DNA from: Octopus bimaculoides
Lineage: Eukaryota
Assembly (NCBI RefSeq): GCF_001194135.2
Contig: NC_068983.1
Location: 15,345,533 to 15,391,433 of the forward strand
Direction: 5' to 3'
DNA length: 45,901 nt
How positions within the stretch are numbered: position 1 is the stretch's first letter; the number at the start of each line of letters is the position of its first letter. Below, piece by piece: positions 12,901 through 23,845 of the stretch. A program made the position numbers and the translations under genes. The notes beneath the pieces were generated by a model. That model was not told the DNA's origin. It did no database searches and saw only the letters and a program-made list of their open reading frames with translations.

Positions 12901-15900
12901 ACTCTACTTACATACGTTCCTTTTACTTACAAAACAGGATCTACTGCCTTGTCAGCTATTTGTTTGACAACCTATACAGTATTTCACAGGTCAAATGTAA
13001 TGAGACTTAAAAGATCATATTATATTTCATTATTCATTTTATAAAAAATGGAAGTTGTGACAAAATTTGCTTTTGAGTCAATGTGTTTTTGTTGTAAATT
13101 AGTTTCGAGTCAATTTTATCCAGCATTTCAGCCATGCCCTTCTATATTTTTAAAATATATTTTTTAAGACTTAATATACCCCTGACTATATTATCCATGT
13201 GTTCTTTTTTTCAACATACTAGAGTGTGTTCAAAAAAAGATTAGACTGCTATTTCTAGTATGTTTAAGTAACCACATGGAGGTTCATTAGTTGACAGTTG
13301 TTCAGTTGGCAGTATGAAAACCTGCATCTATAAGAACAATACCATTATAATGGAGTCCCAGATAATTCTAAAAGACAGGATTGTCACCCATTGATCTAAT
13401 CAATGGGTGACAGACACAAACATGCACATACATATGCATACCAACTACCAAATCCACTCACAAGGGTTTGGTCAACCCAAGACTATAGTAGAAAGCACTT
13501 GCTTAAGGTGCCAAACAGTGGAACTGAACCCAAAACTCTGTGGTTAGGAAGCAAACTTCTTACCATACAGCCATGCCTGTGCTTATGGTAATAAAAGTAG
13601 ATTTTTCTTTGTTTTCTCATTTTTGATTTTTTTAAAATAAGCATATTTTCCTTATTTTCAGAGGAAGCACCTGAAATATTAGAAAATATTGCAAAACTTA
13701 TTTTTCCTGAAAACTTTCCAGTAAGATTTCTACACTTGCATTCAATTTTAAATCAATTCCAGTGATGTAAATTTAACCTTAAAACACCCAAATTATCAAT
13801 ATGTAGTAAAAAGTAATTGGCAAGTCTAAAAAGTATGACTAATGAACTGCCAAAATTATAATTGCTTACATGCAATAATGTTGATTAACGTTTCAAGAAT
13901 CATTACTGATAGGTGTTATAGGGTTAAATTTGCTTCATTTCATTTTTGCTTTTGTCTGTCTTAACACTGGTTTTTACTGAAAATCTCCAATTTGCCTCTT
14001 CCATTTTCACTGAATGTTTTCTGTTCTCTATGCTGTTATTTGACCTGATCGAAAAAACCAGCCTAAAATCTCTCTCAAATCACACCCTACCATATTACAA
14101 AAAGAAAAAGATGGACACATTGAATAATGCAGTAGTAGTAGTAGTAGATACAGTGTTCCTGAAAAGAAAACTGGATGGCCACAGCTGGAAACCTTTTGAT
14201 TATAGGTCTACTCAACGAAGGCTTATATGGAGCTAAGTAATAATAATAATAATAATAATCCTTCCTCCTATAGGCACAAGGCGTGGAATTTTGTACAAGA
14301 AGAGCTGGTCAATCACATCAACCCCAGTGCTCAACGGGTACTATTTTATCAACCCTGAAAAGATGAAAAGCAAAGTTGGCTTTGGTGGAATTGGAACTCA
14401 GAACATAAAGCTGGAGAAAATGCGACAAAGCACTTTGTCCAGCATGCTAATTATTCTGCCAGTTTGCTGTCTTAGCCAACTCATCAACAACAATACATTT
14501 ATGTGTTGTAATGTCTCATATGTTGTTAATGCATCTAAGTGTTTGAAATGATTGGAATAAGGTTTCTGGAAATGGAATTTCTTTTCTGTAGCTTAGTCAG
14601 AGGGGCAAAAACAGCATCCATGGCCCTTTCAGGGGGCTTCAAAACTGGTGTATTCTATGGCACACTATGTCTTAAGAAAATGGCAGCTTGAACATTCCAT
14701 GCTGGTTGGATTGCCTTTCATCATAGATTTACCCAATCAGGACCTGAGGATATTATCATTCAATACCCTTAGATCGATTACTTTTTGTAACGGTCCACTT
14801 TGGATACCTTTAACATTTTTTCCATGACCCAGTTGTTTCTTATATCGTATTTTATATATAAATGTATCCCAGCCTGTAACATCCTTTCCATTACTGGCAA
14901 TCCTTATGTAAACAAAATTTAAACAAATTGTGAGACAAAAGATTATTTGATGGTCATCAACTGCTCAATGACCCACAAATGCATTAAAATTTTTTAATTT
15001 AGAAAAGGCCTGAGTCTCAATGAGAACATTTAAATGGCCCACCTGTTGCTGGCCCTTGTCTTAGATGTTCAGTCACTTTCTCGGCTAAACTATGATACTG
15101 TAAAAGGTTGATAGTAGCAATAGAGACATTAGTCTCCCTCTATCACCTTTTAACAAAATTATATATTAAGAAACAGTAGAACAATTAACAATATAATAAA
15201 AATAAGTTTTATATTGGTGATGCTTGGCTTTACAAAACCTGTGTCATTCATCCTGGTAGCCGCTGGTTAACTTGTAATCAGCATCTGGAGATATTAAGAG
15301 CTTTGTTGGGGCATTTGAGAAGAGCAAGTTGTTGTTACATCAAAGGCATCATGCTAAAGAGGCTTAGAAAACGCACGAAACGCTTTAAGTACTGGTTTAC
15401 TACACATGTGCACTTGTGGGGCTTCCGGGAAGGCAAGTCCCTTACGCACGCGTAGATTGTACTTCCTTAATGGTTGCCATAATTTCGCGCCACTACAATA
15501 CTAAGTTATAGTATTTTCAGCGAGGTGTACTGAAGCCATACTAAATGAAGTTCTTTTTTCAAAGACTCAGATTCTTTATGCAGTCACTCAAGTTGCTGCC
15601 AGCATAGAAAAACAAATGTAAAATGAACAAGTGAACAAACTTCTTTATCAAGTATATTCATCCATTTTTAAGATGGTAGGGTAAAATTTGAAGGAGATAT
15701 TTTGTAACAGCAATCAAGACAATCCTTCTTTAAGGGTGTGAAACTTGGATCTTGACTAAGTTCATGGCTAAGTCCCTAAATGGCTACTATACTCAGGTTT
15801 TCCAAAAGGTCTTCAGTGTCAGCTGGATGCAGAAGTTAACCAATGGGCACCTTATTCTTGTATGGTAAACTTCAACTGTTTTCTGGTTTAAAACCATCTC

Positions 15901-16821
15901 TTGACCCAAGGTGCCACTCTGTTACCAGTCAAGGTGCATGACCTAGCAGGTGTGGTGTTGCACTCACAATCATAAGATTAAGGTTTCGATTTCTGGACTA
16001 GGTGGTGTGTTATGCTCTTGAGCAAAATACATTTATGTTGCTCCAGTTCACTCAGCTGTAAATGAGAAGTTAACCCTGCAAAGGACTGGTGTCCCGTTCA
16101 GGAGGCAGTCCTGTAATCTCTGTTATTTATATGACATAGAAACCAGTTTAAGTTCCAGACTTATGAGTCCTAGGCCTCATGACAGACCTAAGCTATGCTA
16201 ATTCTGTTGCATGAATTCAGGCCAGGCCTTTGAACTGAAGATAACTTCCTGTTTTTTTCTTCCATGCTCATGGAAGTGGCCATGACACTGCCTTTCCTTC
16301 TTTGATTAAACCATTAAAAAAAAAAAAAAAAATATATAGTCCTCAATATACAAAAAGACAGGATATGTCTCGGATACAAAACATAACAAAAATCAGAGCT
16401 GGTCATAATTTCTATAGAATATTTGTAGAGATAATCTTAACAAGTGATGTAAAGTGCACTGCTAACACAGTAGAACACGATATTGACTTATACAAATGTT
16501 TAATATACAAACTTAGTATATACTATAAAGTATAACAAAATACTGCATCCCTACAAGTCATTAAAAAGACAAGAATGTCACAATTGGATTGCATTCAGTC
16601 ATGTCTATTCAGTAACAAATGAATATTAATAGAAAGATTAAGTTATTCAGCTACATTTTGTATACTTAATAATTTCATATGTATAATATGCAAAATTTAT
16701 ATATATTTTAATTTCGCTTTCGTTTTTTACTCTCCATTTTGTCCAGGATGAAAACATGGACGTCACTGATGGCTCTTCTCTACTAGAAATCGACTATGAT
16801 ATCTTTACTGTTGGGAAATAA
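1848..16821 (+). CDS. Atypical protein-kinase-fold gene, 5'-partial, 6 coding exons giving 257 aa plus stop
   Basis: Exons 1848-1983, 3240-3392, 6627-6838, 9323-9461, 13662-13720 and 16747-16821. All introns are GT..AG with matching phases (1,1,0,1,0); total 774 nt. Spliced protein: VMLTLFNTNEIRAWVSLEGCSHFPNLYMFNKIDGKIELHHEILKNAVTLADVINDRMGKLREYPSLLHYFSLYVLEGLLEASSTMHSKNWLHDDIHEENVMLQPQQDPSDSVLRLRMIDFGRVKSLKDDRVVNDIQGIIRIF...DIFTVGK*. Confidence 0.85.
2412..2558 (+). mobile_element. Family A SINE, 5' half
   Basis: Head and core; inverted relative to the adjacent copy at 2565-2957. Confidence 0.7.
2565..2957 (-). mobile_element. tRNA-derived CORE-type SINE (family A, possibly octopus OR2)
   Basis: Minus strand: TGGCTGTGTGG A-box, GGGTTCAGTTCC B-box, GCACCTTGGGCAAGTGTCTT core, internal (TA/CA)n and an (AAAAGAGT)-type tail. 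The family name is from recollection only. Confidence 0.8.
3240..3392 (+). CDS. Kinase exon: alphaD/alphaE and start of the catalytic loop (...MHSKNWLHDDIH)
   Basis: tatccag acceptor and G|gtacgt donor; 153 nt; phase 1 to 1. Confidence 0.88.
3628..3932 (-). mobile_element. Family A SINE lacking its head
   Basis: Colinear with 2565-2885. Confidence 0.8.
4550..5215 (-). mobile_element. RTE LINE 3' tail
   Basis: (CAT)n followed by the reverse-complemented tail. Confidence 0.85.
5995..6335 (+). mobile_element. RTE LINE 3' tail
   Basis: Same tail. Confidence 0.85.
6627..6838 (+). CDS. Kinase exon: EENVML...LRMIDFG...NDIQGIIRIF
   Basis: ttgcag acceptor and AAA|gtaggt donor; 212 nt; completes HDDIHEEN and carries DFG. 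Confidence 0.9.
7043..7433 (-). mobile_element. tRNA-derived SINE (family B)
   Basis: Head GGAGGCGCAGTGGCCCAGTG...GGTTTCGATTCCCAG; tail ending ...GTAAGTGACGGAGTGCCAACGAC; homologous to 44554-44923. Confidence 0.82.
7853..8020 (-). mobile_element. RTE LINE 3' tail (short)
   Basis: Same tail, reversed. Confidence 0.85.
8030..8590 (+). repeat. Tandem array (about 235-bp period, 2.4 units) of a SINE-like family C
   Basis: Units start with TGGAAATAA at about 8020, 8255 and 8482. Dispersed relatives at about 2275-2410 (+), 14268-14470 (-) and 40535-40725 (-). Confidence 0.72.
8705..8992 (-). mobile_element. RTE LINE 3' tail
   Basis: Same tail, reversed. Confidence 0.85.
9323..9461 (+). CDS. Kinase exon (HSDDFKLSFEYKQELL...KLKDIR)
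   Basis: cttttag acceptor and G|gtaaaa donor; open frame; phase 0 to 1. Confidence 0.8.
9918..9958. repeat. (GT)n(AT)n microsatellite
   Basis: Directly visible. Confidence 0.95.
11784..12006. mobile_element. pogo/Tigger-type MITE
   Basis: TA-CAATAATCCCTCG...TGAGAGATAACTG-TA: imperfect CAGTAATCCCTCG-like TIRs flanked by TA. Confidence 0.7.
12105..12813 (-). mobile_element. 5'-truncated RTE LINE: RT C-terminus, gap, 3' tail
   Basis: MLRWMCNV...LREKLNIRSISCGVQERRLRWYGHVVRMDEDSCLKKCHTLTVEGTCGRGRPRKTW (RTE RT C-terminal motif); N-gap 12194-12511; tail with (GAT)n. Confidence 0.92.
13385..13580 (-). mobile_element. Family A SINE, degenerate 5' half
   Basis: Core and head remnants. Confidence 0.65.
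13662..13720 (+). CDS. Kinase exon (EEAPEILENIAKLIFPENFP)
   Basis: ttttcag acceptor and CCA|gtaaga donor; phase 1 to 0. Confidence 0.78.
15099..15497 (-). mobile_element. Solo LTR (Gypsy-like), in the last kinase intron
   Basis: TGT...ACA termini; exact 4-bp TSD ATAC (15095-98 and 15498-501); homologous to 36127-36515 and 18645-19098. Confidence 0.85.
16747..16821 (+). CDS. Kinase terminal coding exon (DENMDVTDGSSLLEIDYDIFTVGK*)
   Basis: ccattttgtccag acceptor, phase 0; TAA at 16819-16821. Confidence 0.72.
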   Translation, partial: DENMDVTDGSSLLEIDYDIFTVGK

Positions 16822-18644
16822 AGAAAATGAAGCCATCTTATGCAGCAGTAATGTGGCAATCTTTTATAAAGATAAAAGCAAGCTTCTAATGAGCCAAGTC
16901 TATGACAAACCACCTCCTCCCCATTACAATTTCTGGTGGAAACCATTTAACTTCACTTATGTTGCTAATGTTTTTGGTGAACAGTATGAATGTCATAAGT
17001 TTACTATCTTCTCTCATGAATTGGTAAAGTTATGATCATGTATAATATCAATATTAAATTATACCTTATATATGTAACTATCTTCATTTTTATTCATCAC
17101 GTTTGCAGTGAAAAATAATGCTGACACTACAAATGGAACAACGTTTTTTTTTTTAAGCCTTATTGAGTTCAGCTTAAACTTGGCCAGAAATAACTTTGTT
17201 CTTCACTTGTTCAGAATCATTAAAATATCTACTGGTAGATATTATACCAACTTGCCTATCTAATCAAAAGAAATTATTTCTGCTATTCTTCAGAATTATC
17301 CAAATTTTTATGGATGCAAGCAAAGCCATAGTGTTTAAAAGGTTAGCTTAACAACCACCTGGTTTTGAATTGTCTCACGGCACAGCATTTTGGGTACATT
17401 TTCGTCTATATCTTCAATCTGACCAATACCTTCTGAGTTAAATTTGGTAGACAAGCAGTATGCAGAAACCCCTGTTTTGTGTGTGTTTTCGAAACACGGA
17501 GTAGATGAAACAGGGACAACTGACGAAGGGGTATATTCTTTATGTTGCATGTCTCGTTTCTCTGTTTTTTTCGTTGTTCAAGAAAAGTTTTCTATGTTAC
17601 GTTTCTCATTGTGTTTAACATTTTTTTTTTTTATGTCCTGTACCCATATATGCATGTATATATGTATGTATATATGCATATATATATAATCGATAAAGGT
17701 TGTTCGTCATTTTTTTTCAGTCTGCGGAGAAATGGCTAAAATTTGCCCTGCTTATAATTATACTATATGTTACATATTTATGTGTATATAAATACATATA
17801 TGATAAGAAGTAAAAGGGATTAATAAATTCAACCAGACAGCTATAAAGCACTTTGAATTTAGCCCATTTTGGATTGCTTTGAGAACATTGTTACCATACA
17901 TTTTAGTATATATTGACTGGTATAAAAAGATACTGAAAAAAATACCTTTTTTCCATATCTAAATATGTTAGCAAACTGAAATGATCGTTGGTAATGTACG
18001 GTATGTGATTTTTTTCTATTCTCATTCTTGTTTTGTATGTATATAACTATACATATGAGAGAGAGAGAGAGAGCTAGATTTGGTTCCTGTAACAAACCTA
18101 CAAAACTTTCAGTTGGGGGCTGAACCAAACTGTTTTTAAATAGATAGTCCACCCTTGTTAAACCAGATATCAGATAAACCATACAAAATCTGTGTAGAAG
18201 AGAGTGACTGTTAGCATTGACTTCCACCATTACCTTTTATTACCAATGTTGTAGAGACATATATTCTGGCTGTGCTAGGATAGTGTTGTGTACCTACCTA
18301 CCAAAGGCAGTAAATTCATTCTAAACATGAAGCTTCTCAATAATATATCTCACAATGGAAAATTAATTTTTCTGTCCTGTTATGAAATAATGTGGCAGTT
18401 GTTCTGAGCTAGCACTACATACCATACAGCGAGCTGTATTATGAAATATGCTGAGAGGATGGTTGGTGGGTATAATGAGAGATTGAAACAAGCATCACTT
18501 CACCAATATACATCCTGGTTATTCACTTTTACAATCTTCTTTAGAAAATTTACCCTTTCTTTCTAGCACTACCTTATTCCCCTTAAGCAGCCTCTGAATT
18601 CATTTACTGTTCCAATTTATTTATTTATTCTCGCAGCTTTTATC

Positions 18645-19098
18645 TGTAGTGGCGCGAAATTATAGCCGCCATTGAGGAAGTACTATTCAGCGCATGTGCA
18701 AGGGACTTCACCACCGGAAGCCCCTCAAGTTGCGCATGCGTAGTAAAACTGGTACTAAAACAGTGAGTTTCATTTTCTCAGAGAGTTGAGGACAGACCTT
18801 CTACATGACAACTCCTCACTCCTCAACGAAGCACTCTTCACCACAATGCCTTCGATGGTGATAGCTACTTGCTTCTCTGGCAGGCATCAAGGAAGCCCTT
18901 AACCTTCCAATACCAACTACAACTTAATCAGTGGCTGCTAAGCTGAATGACAGGAATTGTGAAACCAAGCATCATCAGAACAATAAAACTTATTTTTATT
19001 ATGTTGTAAAATTGTTCTAATGTCTCTTCATATATAATGCTGTTAAAAGGTGATAGAGAGAGACTAAATTCTCTATGACAACTATCAAAATTTTTACA
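18645..19098 (+). mobile_element. Solo LTR, related and more divergent copy
   Basis: TGTAGTGGCGCGAAA...TTTTTACA; exact TSD TATC (18641-44 and 19099-102); AATAAA at 18982. Confidence 0.85.
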
Positions 19099-19328
19099 TA
19101 TCTATATTCAGCATGTTATTCTTATTCACTTTCACACTCTCATCGGCAGCGTGCTTTCATGGTGAGAAGTTTTATACATAAATTCATTGAGAATTTATTA
19201 ACTGAAACTGGTTTTCTTTATAATTCTGATTTGCAGTTTCATAACTTAATCTGATCATAATTTAGTTTCTTAATCTACTAATAAATACTCAGAAATAAAG
19301 ATTATACCAGGTCAAAATAGCCTTAAGT

Positions 19329-19706
19329 TTACTCTTTTACTCGTTTCAGTCATTTGACTGCGGCCATGCTGGAGCACCGCCTTTTAGTCGAGCAAATCGA
19401 CCCCAGGACTTATTCTTTGTAAGCCTAGTACTTATTCTATTGGTCCCTTTTGCCGAACTGCTAAGTTACGGGGACGTAAACACACCACCATCAGTTGTCA
19501 AGCGATGCTGGGGGGACAAACACAGACACACAAACATATACATATATATGACGGGCTTCTTTCAGTTTCCGTCTACCAAATCCACTCACAAGGCTTTGGT
19601 CAGCCCGAGGCTATAGTAGAAGACACTTGCCCGAGGTGCCACACAGTGGGACTGAACCCGGAATCATGTGGTTGGTAAGCAAGCTACTTACCACACAGCC
19701 ACTCCT
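19329..19706 (-). mobile_element. Family A SINE, full length
   Basis: Complete head, core and tail. Confidence 0.85.
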
Positions 19707-19864
19707 ACACCTAGGAGTTTATTTTTTAGTAATACTTATGCCAGACTAGAAGGTTTAGCATAATGCACACTGTGACAGAAATCACAACATACAAAACTTG
19801 TGCTGCTCTGCAACTTGCATTGATATTTCAACAATTAAGCATCTTTCAGCTTTACGGGATAATA

Positions 19865-19995
19865 ATAATTCAAAGAAGCATATAACTTTATCGATCAAAC
19901 AGAAATTGAAACCTGTTAGAAGCTGGTGACTTGCTGGCAAAAGTTTGTGAAAAGCAGGATGTAAAAGCAAATGCAAGGTTAAGGAAGCACTCATT
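19865..19995 (+). pseudogene. Decayed pogo/Tigger (CENP-B-like) transposase N-terminal HTH fragment
   Basis: With one frameshift it reads KKHITLSIKQKLK / LEAGDLLAKVCEKQDVK, resembling the HTH_psq start of Tigger/Jerky proteins. Confidence 0.5.
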
Positions 19996-20089
19996 GTATT
20001 TTTTCTAACCCTTTCATTACCATATTTATTTTGAGATGCTCTGTGTTTCTTTCAATTCCATGAGAAGACTCGGCAAGCCAAGTGAGACC

Positions 20090-20842
20090 TGAATCCAAGG
20101 CCTCTGCCAGGGGTGTAGCCAGCCCACTTATGCGTACCTTTCCTTCTTTGGACACTAAACTCCACTTGCGAAGACTTGTTGAGGCAAGTGAAATGGAAAT
20201 CAAACTAAACTCGACAACTGGCACCCATGCCAACAGCGTCTCCTTCATTGGACACGAAACTCAGCTTGCAAAGGCCTGTTGGGGCAAGCGAAAGCGAAAT
20301 CTTGATGGCACCGTTGCCTTCCTGGTACTTGTGCCGGTGGCACGTGTAAAGACATTCGAGCAAGATCGTTGCCAGTGCCGCTAGACTGGCTCCTGTGCAG
20401 GTGGCACGTAAAATTCACCATTTTGAGCGTGGCCGTTGCCAGTACTGCCTGACTGGCATTCGTGCCGGTGGCACATAAAAGCAGCCACTACACTCTCTGA
20501 GTGGTTGGCGTTAGGAAGGGCATCCAGCTGTAGAAACTCTGCCAAATAAGATTGGAGCCTTCTGGTTCACTAGTCCTCAGTTAAATCCACTTTCCATGCT
20601 AGCATGGATTGGACGATTTGACTGAGGACTGGTGAACCAGATGGCTTCACCAGGCTCCAATCTGATTTGGCAGAGTTTCTACAGTTGGATGCCCTTCCTA
20701 ACACCAACCACTCCGTGAGTGTAGTGGGTGCTTTTACATGCCACCGGCACGAAGGCCAGTCAGGTGGTACTGGCAACGGCCATGCTCGAAATGGTATATT
20801 TTATGTGCCACCTGCACAGGAGCCAGTCTAGCGGCACTGGCT
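20090..20842. mobile_element. Two RTE 3' tails fused tail-to-tail (+ about 20090-20588, - about 20589-20842)
   Basis: The + copy stops just before its CCATGCTAGCATGG palindrome; the - copy starts at ctttCCATGCTAG; neither keeps (GAT)n. Confidence 0.8.
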
Positions 20843-21052
20843 CAAGATAAAAAAACTATAGTTTAATTGTAAAAATGTTTGTTCAAAAAAAGATATGCCC
20901 TGCATATCCAGTTTGCTGTCTTCATATTTTATCCAACGGAGATTACAAGCACAAAATGCATTGATGCAGAAATTAAGAACGAACTGTTCACAGAAAATAC
21001 TATAAAGAAAGAAACTACACTGGCCTAAATCACAGATTATATTAAATAATTT

Positions 21053-21420
21053 ATGGCATGTGTGGTAAGAAGCTTGCTGCCCAACTATATGGTTCTGGGT
21101 TCAGTCCCACTGCGTGGGAGCTTGGCCAAGTGTCTTCTGCCATAGCCTCGGGTCAACCAAAGCCTTGTAAGTGGATTTGGAAGACAGAAACTGAAAGAAG
21201 CCTGTTGTATATATATATGTGTGTGTTTTTGTCCTCCAACCATCGCTTGACGACCAATGTTGATGTGTCTATGCCCCTGTAACTTAGAAGTTCGGCAAAA
21301 GAGACTGATAGAATAAGTACTAGGCTTACAAAGAATAAGTGCTGGGGTCGATTTGTTCGGCTAAAGATGGTGCTCCAGCATGGCCGCAGTGAGATGACTG
21401 AAACAAGTAAAAGAATAAAA
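21053..21420 (+). mobile_element. Family A SINE, full length
   Basis: Complete head, core and tail. Confidence 0.82.
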
Positions 21421-21643
21421 AATTTGGCCTAACAGCATATGTTCTAGAACCCAATTTTTCCACCTGACTACTGTATTATTGTGTGTTGCATGATGGAAGA
21501 ATCATTTCTTATTAAATCAAGGTTGAGAAAAATATATATAATAATAATATCAGGGATAAAATCCAAAATTACAGGTAAAAACTCTTTAAAATCAATTTAT
21601 CAAAAATTAAAATTAAATTAAGCTTCACAGTATAATATATAAA

Positions 21644-21911
21644 TATATAGTTTTAGGGAAAAGAACCAAGGTTCATGACCTCATCGATGAAAATCCATTG
21701 TCACATAGAAAAAAATTTATAATTAGAAGTATAATATAATACAAAGTAAATATCATAAGATCAAGCTAATATTATCTTGATCTTATGATATTTACTTTGT
21801 ATTATATTATACTTTTTTATTGTGCTTTTAATTATTAATTTTTTCTATATGTGACAATGGATTTTCATCGATGAGTTCAGGAACCTTGGTTCTTTTCCCT
21901 AAAACTATATA
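21644..21911. repeat. Fold-back inverted repeat, about 270 bp
   Basis: 21728-21765 is the exact reverse complement of 21776-21813; the outer arms 21644-21712 and 21843-21911 are near-perfect. Confidence 0.92.
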
Positions 21912-22059
21912 TATATATATATATATCATGGAAAGCGGACGTTAAACGATGATGATGATGATGATATATTCCACTAACTGAAATATAATGGAATGAGTAG
22001 TCAGAGACTTAAACATAAATGTATGAGGAATGACTTTTAAAAAAATGAATGTTTAGCTG

Positions 22060-22185
22060 TGGAAACTCTGCCAAATTAGATTGGAGCCTGGTGTTGCCAT
22101 CCGGTTTCACCAGTCCTCAGTCAAATCGTCCAACCCATGCTAGCATGGAAAGCGGATGTTAAACGATGATGATGATGACTACTAC
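22060..22185 (+). mobile_element. RTE LINE 3' tail (short)
   Basis: Same tail. Confidence 0.8.
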
Positions 22186-23194
22186 TATATGCCTATCTCA
22201 ACTCATTAGTATGACAGTCGTGTTTTCATGTGTAAAATCAACTCTTATCATATATACACTTTCATTGGAGCCAGTGAAGTACTCCCCCCATCAAAAAAAA
22301 AAAATTGCAACAGTTTTCATCTTGCAAGTTACTTGGCAACCCCACTGGTGTCGGTGCCACATAAAAAAAAAAAAAATCACCCAGTACACTGTAAAGTGGT
22401 TGGCCTTAAGAAAAGCATCCAGCCATAGAAATCATACCAAACCAGATAATGGAGCCTGGTATAGCTCTCTGGCTTACCAGTTCCTGACAAATCATCCAAC
22501 GTATGCCAACATGAAAAAGATGGATGCTAAATGAGGAAAGGCTGTAAGAACAGAAATGTTTAAACAAACAGAGGCAGACATCTTTTTTTAACAAGTGTAG
22601 AAATTGTGTTAATTCCTTCAAGAATCAAGTCTTCTTATGAGACATAGGTTTGGCTGTGTACTTAACAAAGTGTTGCTTCCCAACCACTTGGTTTTGGAAT
22701 CTATCCCACTACATGACAACTTGTGCAAGTATTTCCTACTAGACTTAGCAGAGTCTTGTGGGTGGATTTGGCAGTCAGGAGCTCTCCGTATATGTGTATC
22801 TTTGTTCCTCACCACTATTTGGTAATGGCTGTTGGTTTGTTTACATCCCCATAACTTAGAAATTAGGTAAAAGACTGACAAAGTACCAAACTTTAAAACA
22901 ATTAGCACTGGGGGGGGGGGCAGTTTATTCAAATAAAACCTTCAAGTACCCCAAGCGTATTCACAATCCAATGACTGAAACCAATAAAAGTTAGGTGTAA
23001 TAACAAAGCATATCAAATATTAAATGTGCTTTAAAAATTATTTCATTACCATTAGTGGTATCCACTGATGTGATCAGCCCTTAATGGTTTCGAAGTACCT
23101 TTTTTTGTTTTCTTTCACACGAAACAGCTGAAGATGCACACTTAATAATTGTATAATGCTTAAATCCATTAAGTTAATTTTTAAAGAATTATTT

Positions 23195-23540
23195 CAAGCG
23201 AAAGTGAAATTGTGATGGCACCTGTGCCCAGCATCGCCTTTCTGGCACTTGTGCCCGCGGCATGTGTAAGGACTTTCGAGCGAGATCGTTGCCAGTGCCC
23301 CTGGACTGGCTCTTGTGCGGGTGGCACATAAAATACACCATTTTGAGCGTAGCCGTTGCCAGTGCCGGTGGCACGTAAAAGCAGCCACTACACTCTCAGA
23401 GTGGTTGGCGTTAGGAAGGGCATCCAGCTGTAGAAACTCTGCCAAATCAGATTGGAGCCTGGTGTTGCCATCCGATTTCACCAGTCCTCAGTCAAATCGT
23501 CCAGCCCATGCTAGCATGGAAAGCGGACATTAAACAACGA
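23195..23540 (+). mobile_element. RTE LINE 3' tail
   Basis: Same tail. Confidence 0.85.
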
Positions 23541-23845
23541 CGAATTATATCAATATGCTACACCTACACCACAACTGCAAAACCTATGGTATGTGAATCA
23601 TGCATAACTAATGAAATATTTTCAATGAATAACCCCAAAGAAAGGGGTTATGCTTATTGCCTTTATAGGTCTCTCAAGACCAGTGAGATCAACAGTATTG
23701 ATGATGTTGAACAAGTCAAATCTCCTTCAAACCATGCCCTATAACAATGACAGTGAATCTGTTTTTTTGCATGGCACTTTAAACTTCATTTATAATCCTA
23801 TTGTTCTGTATTTTTGAGAAGAGGAATTCTGTACATTATCTACAC

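Noticed and set aside
14590-15060. Possible hAT-like MITE
   Set aside because: The putative TIRs are too divergent and no TSD was found.
17290-17345. Exon-like segment ttcag...AAG|gttagc
   Set aside because: Overlaps the head of a decayed family A SINE.
21860-21900. Hammerhead-like GATGAGTTCAGGAAC in the 21644 fold-back
   Set aside because: The core is TCGATGA rather than CTGATGA and no GAAA follows stem II.
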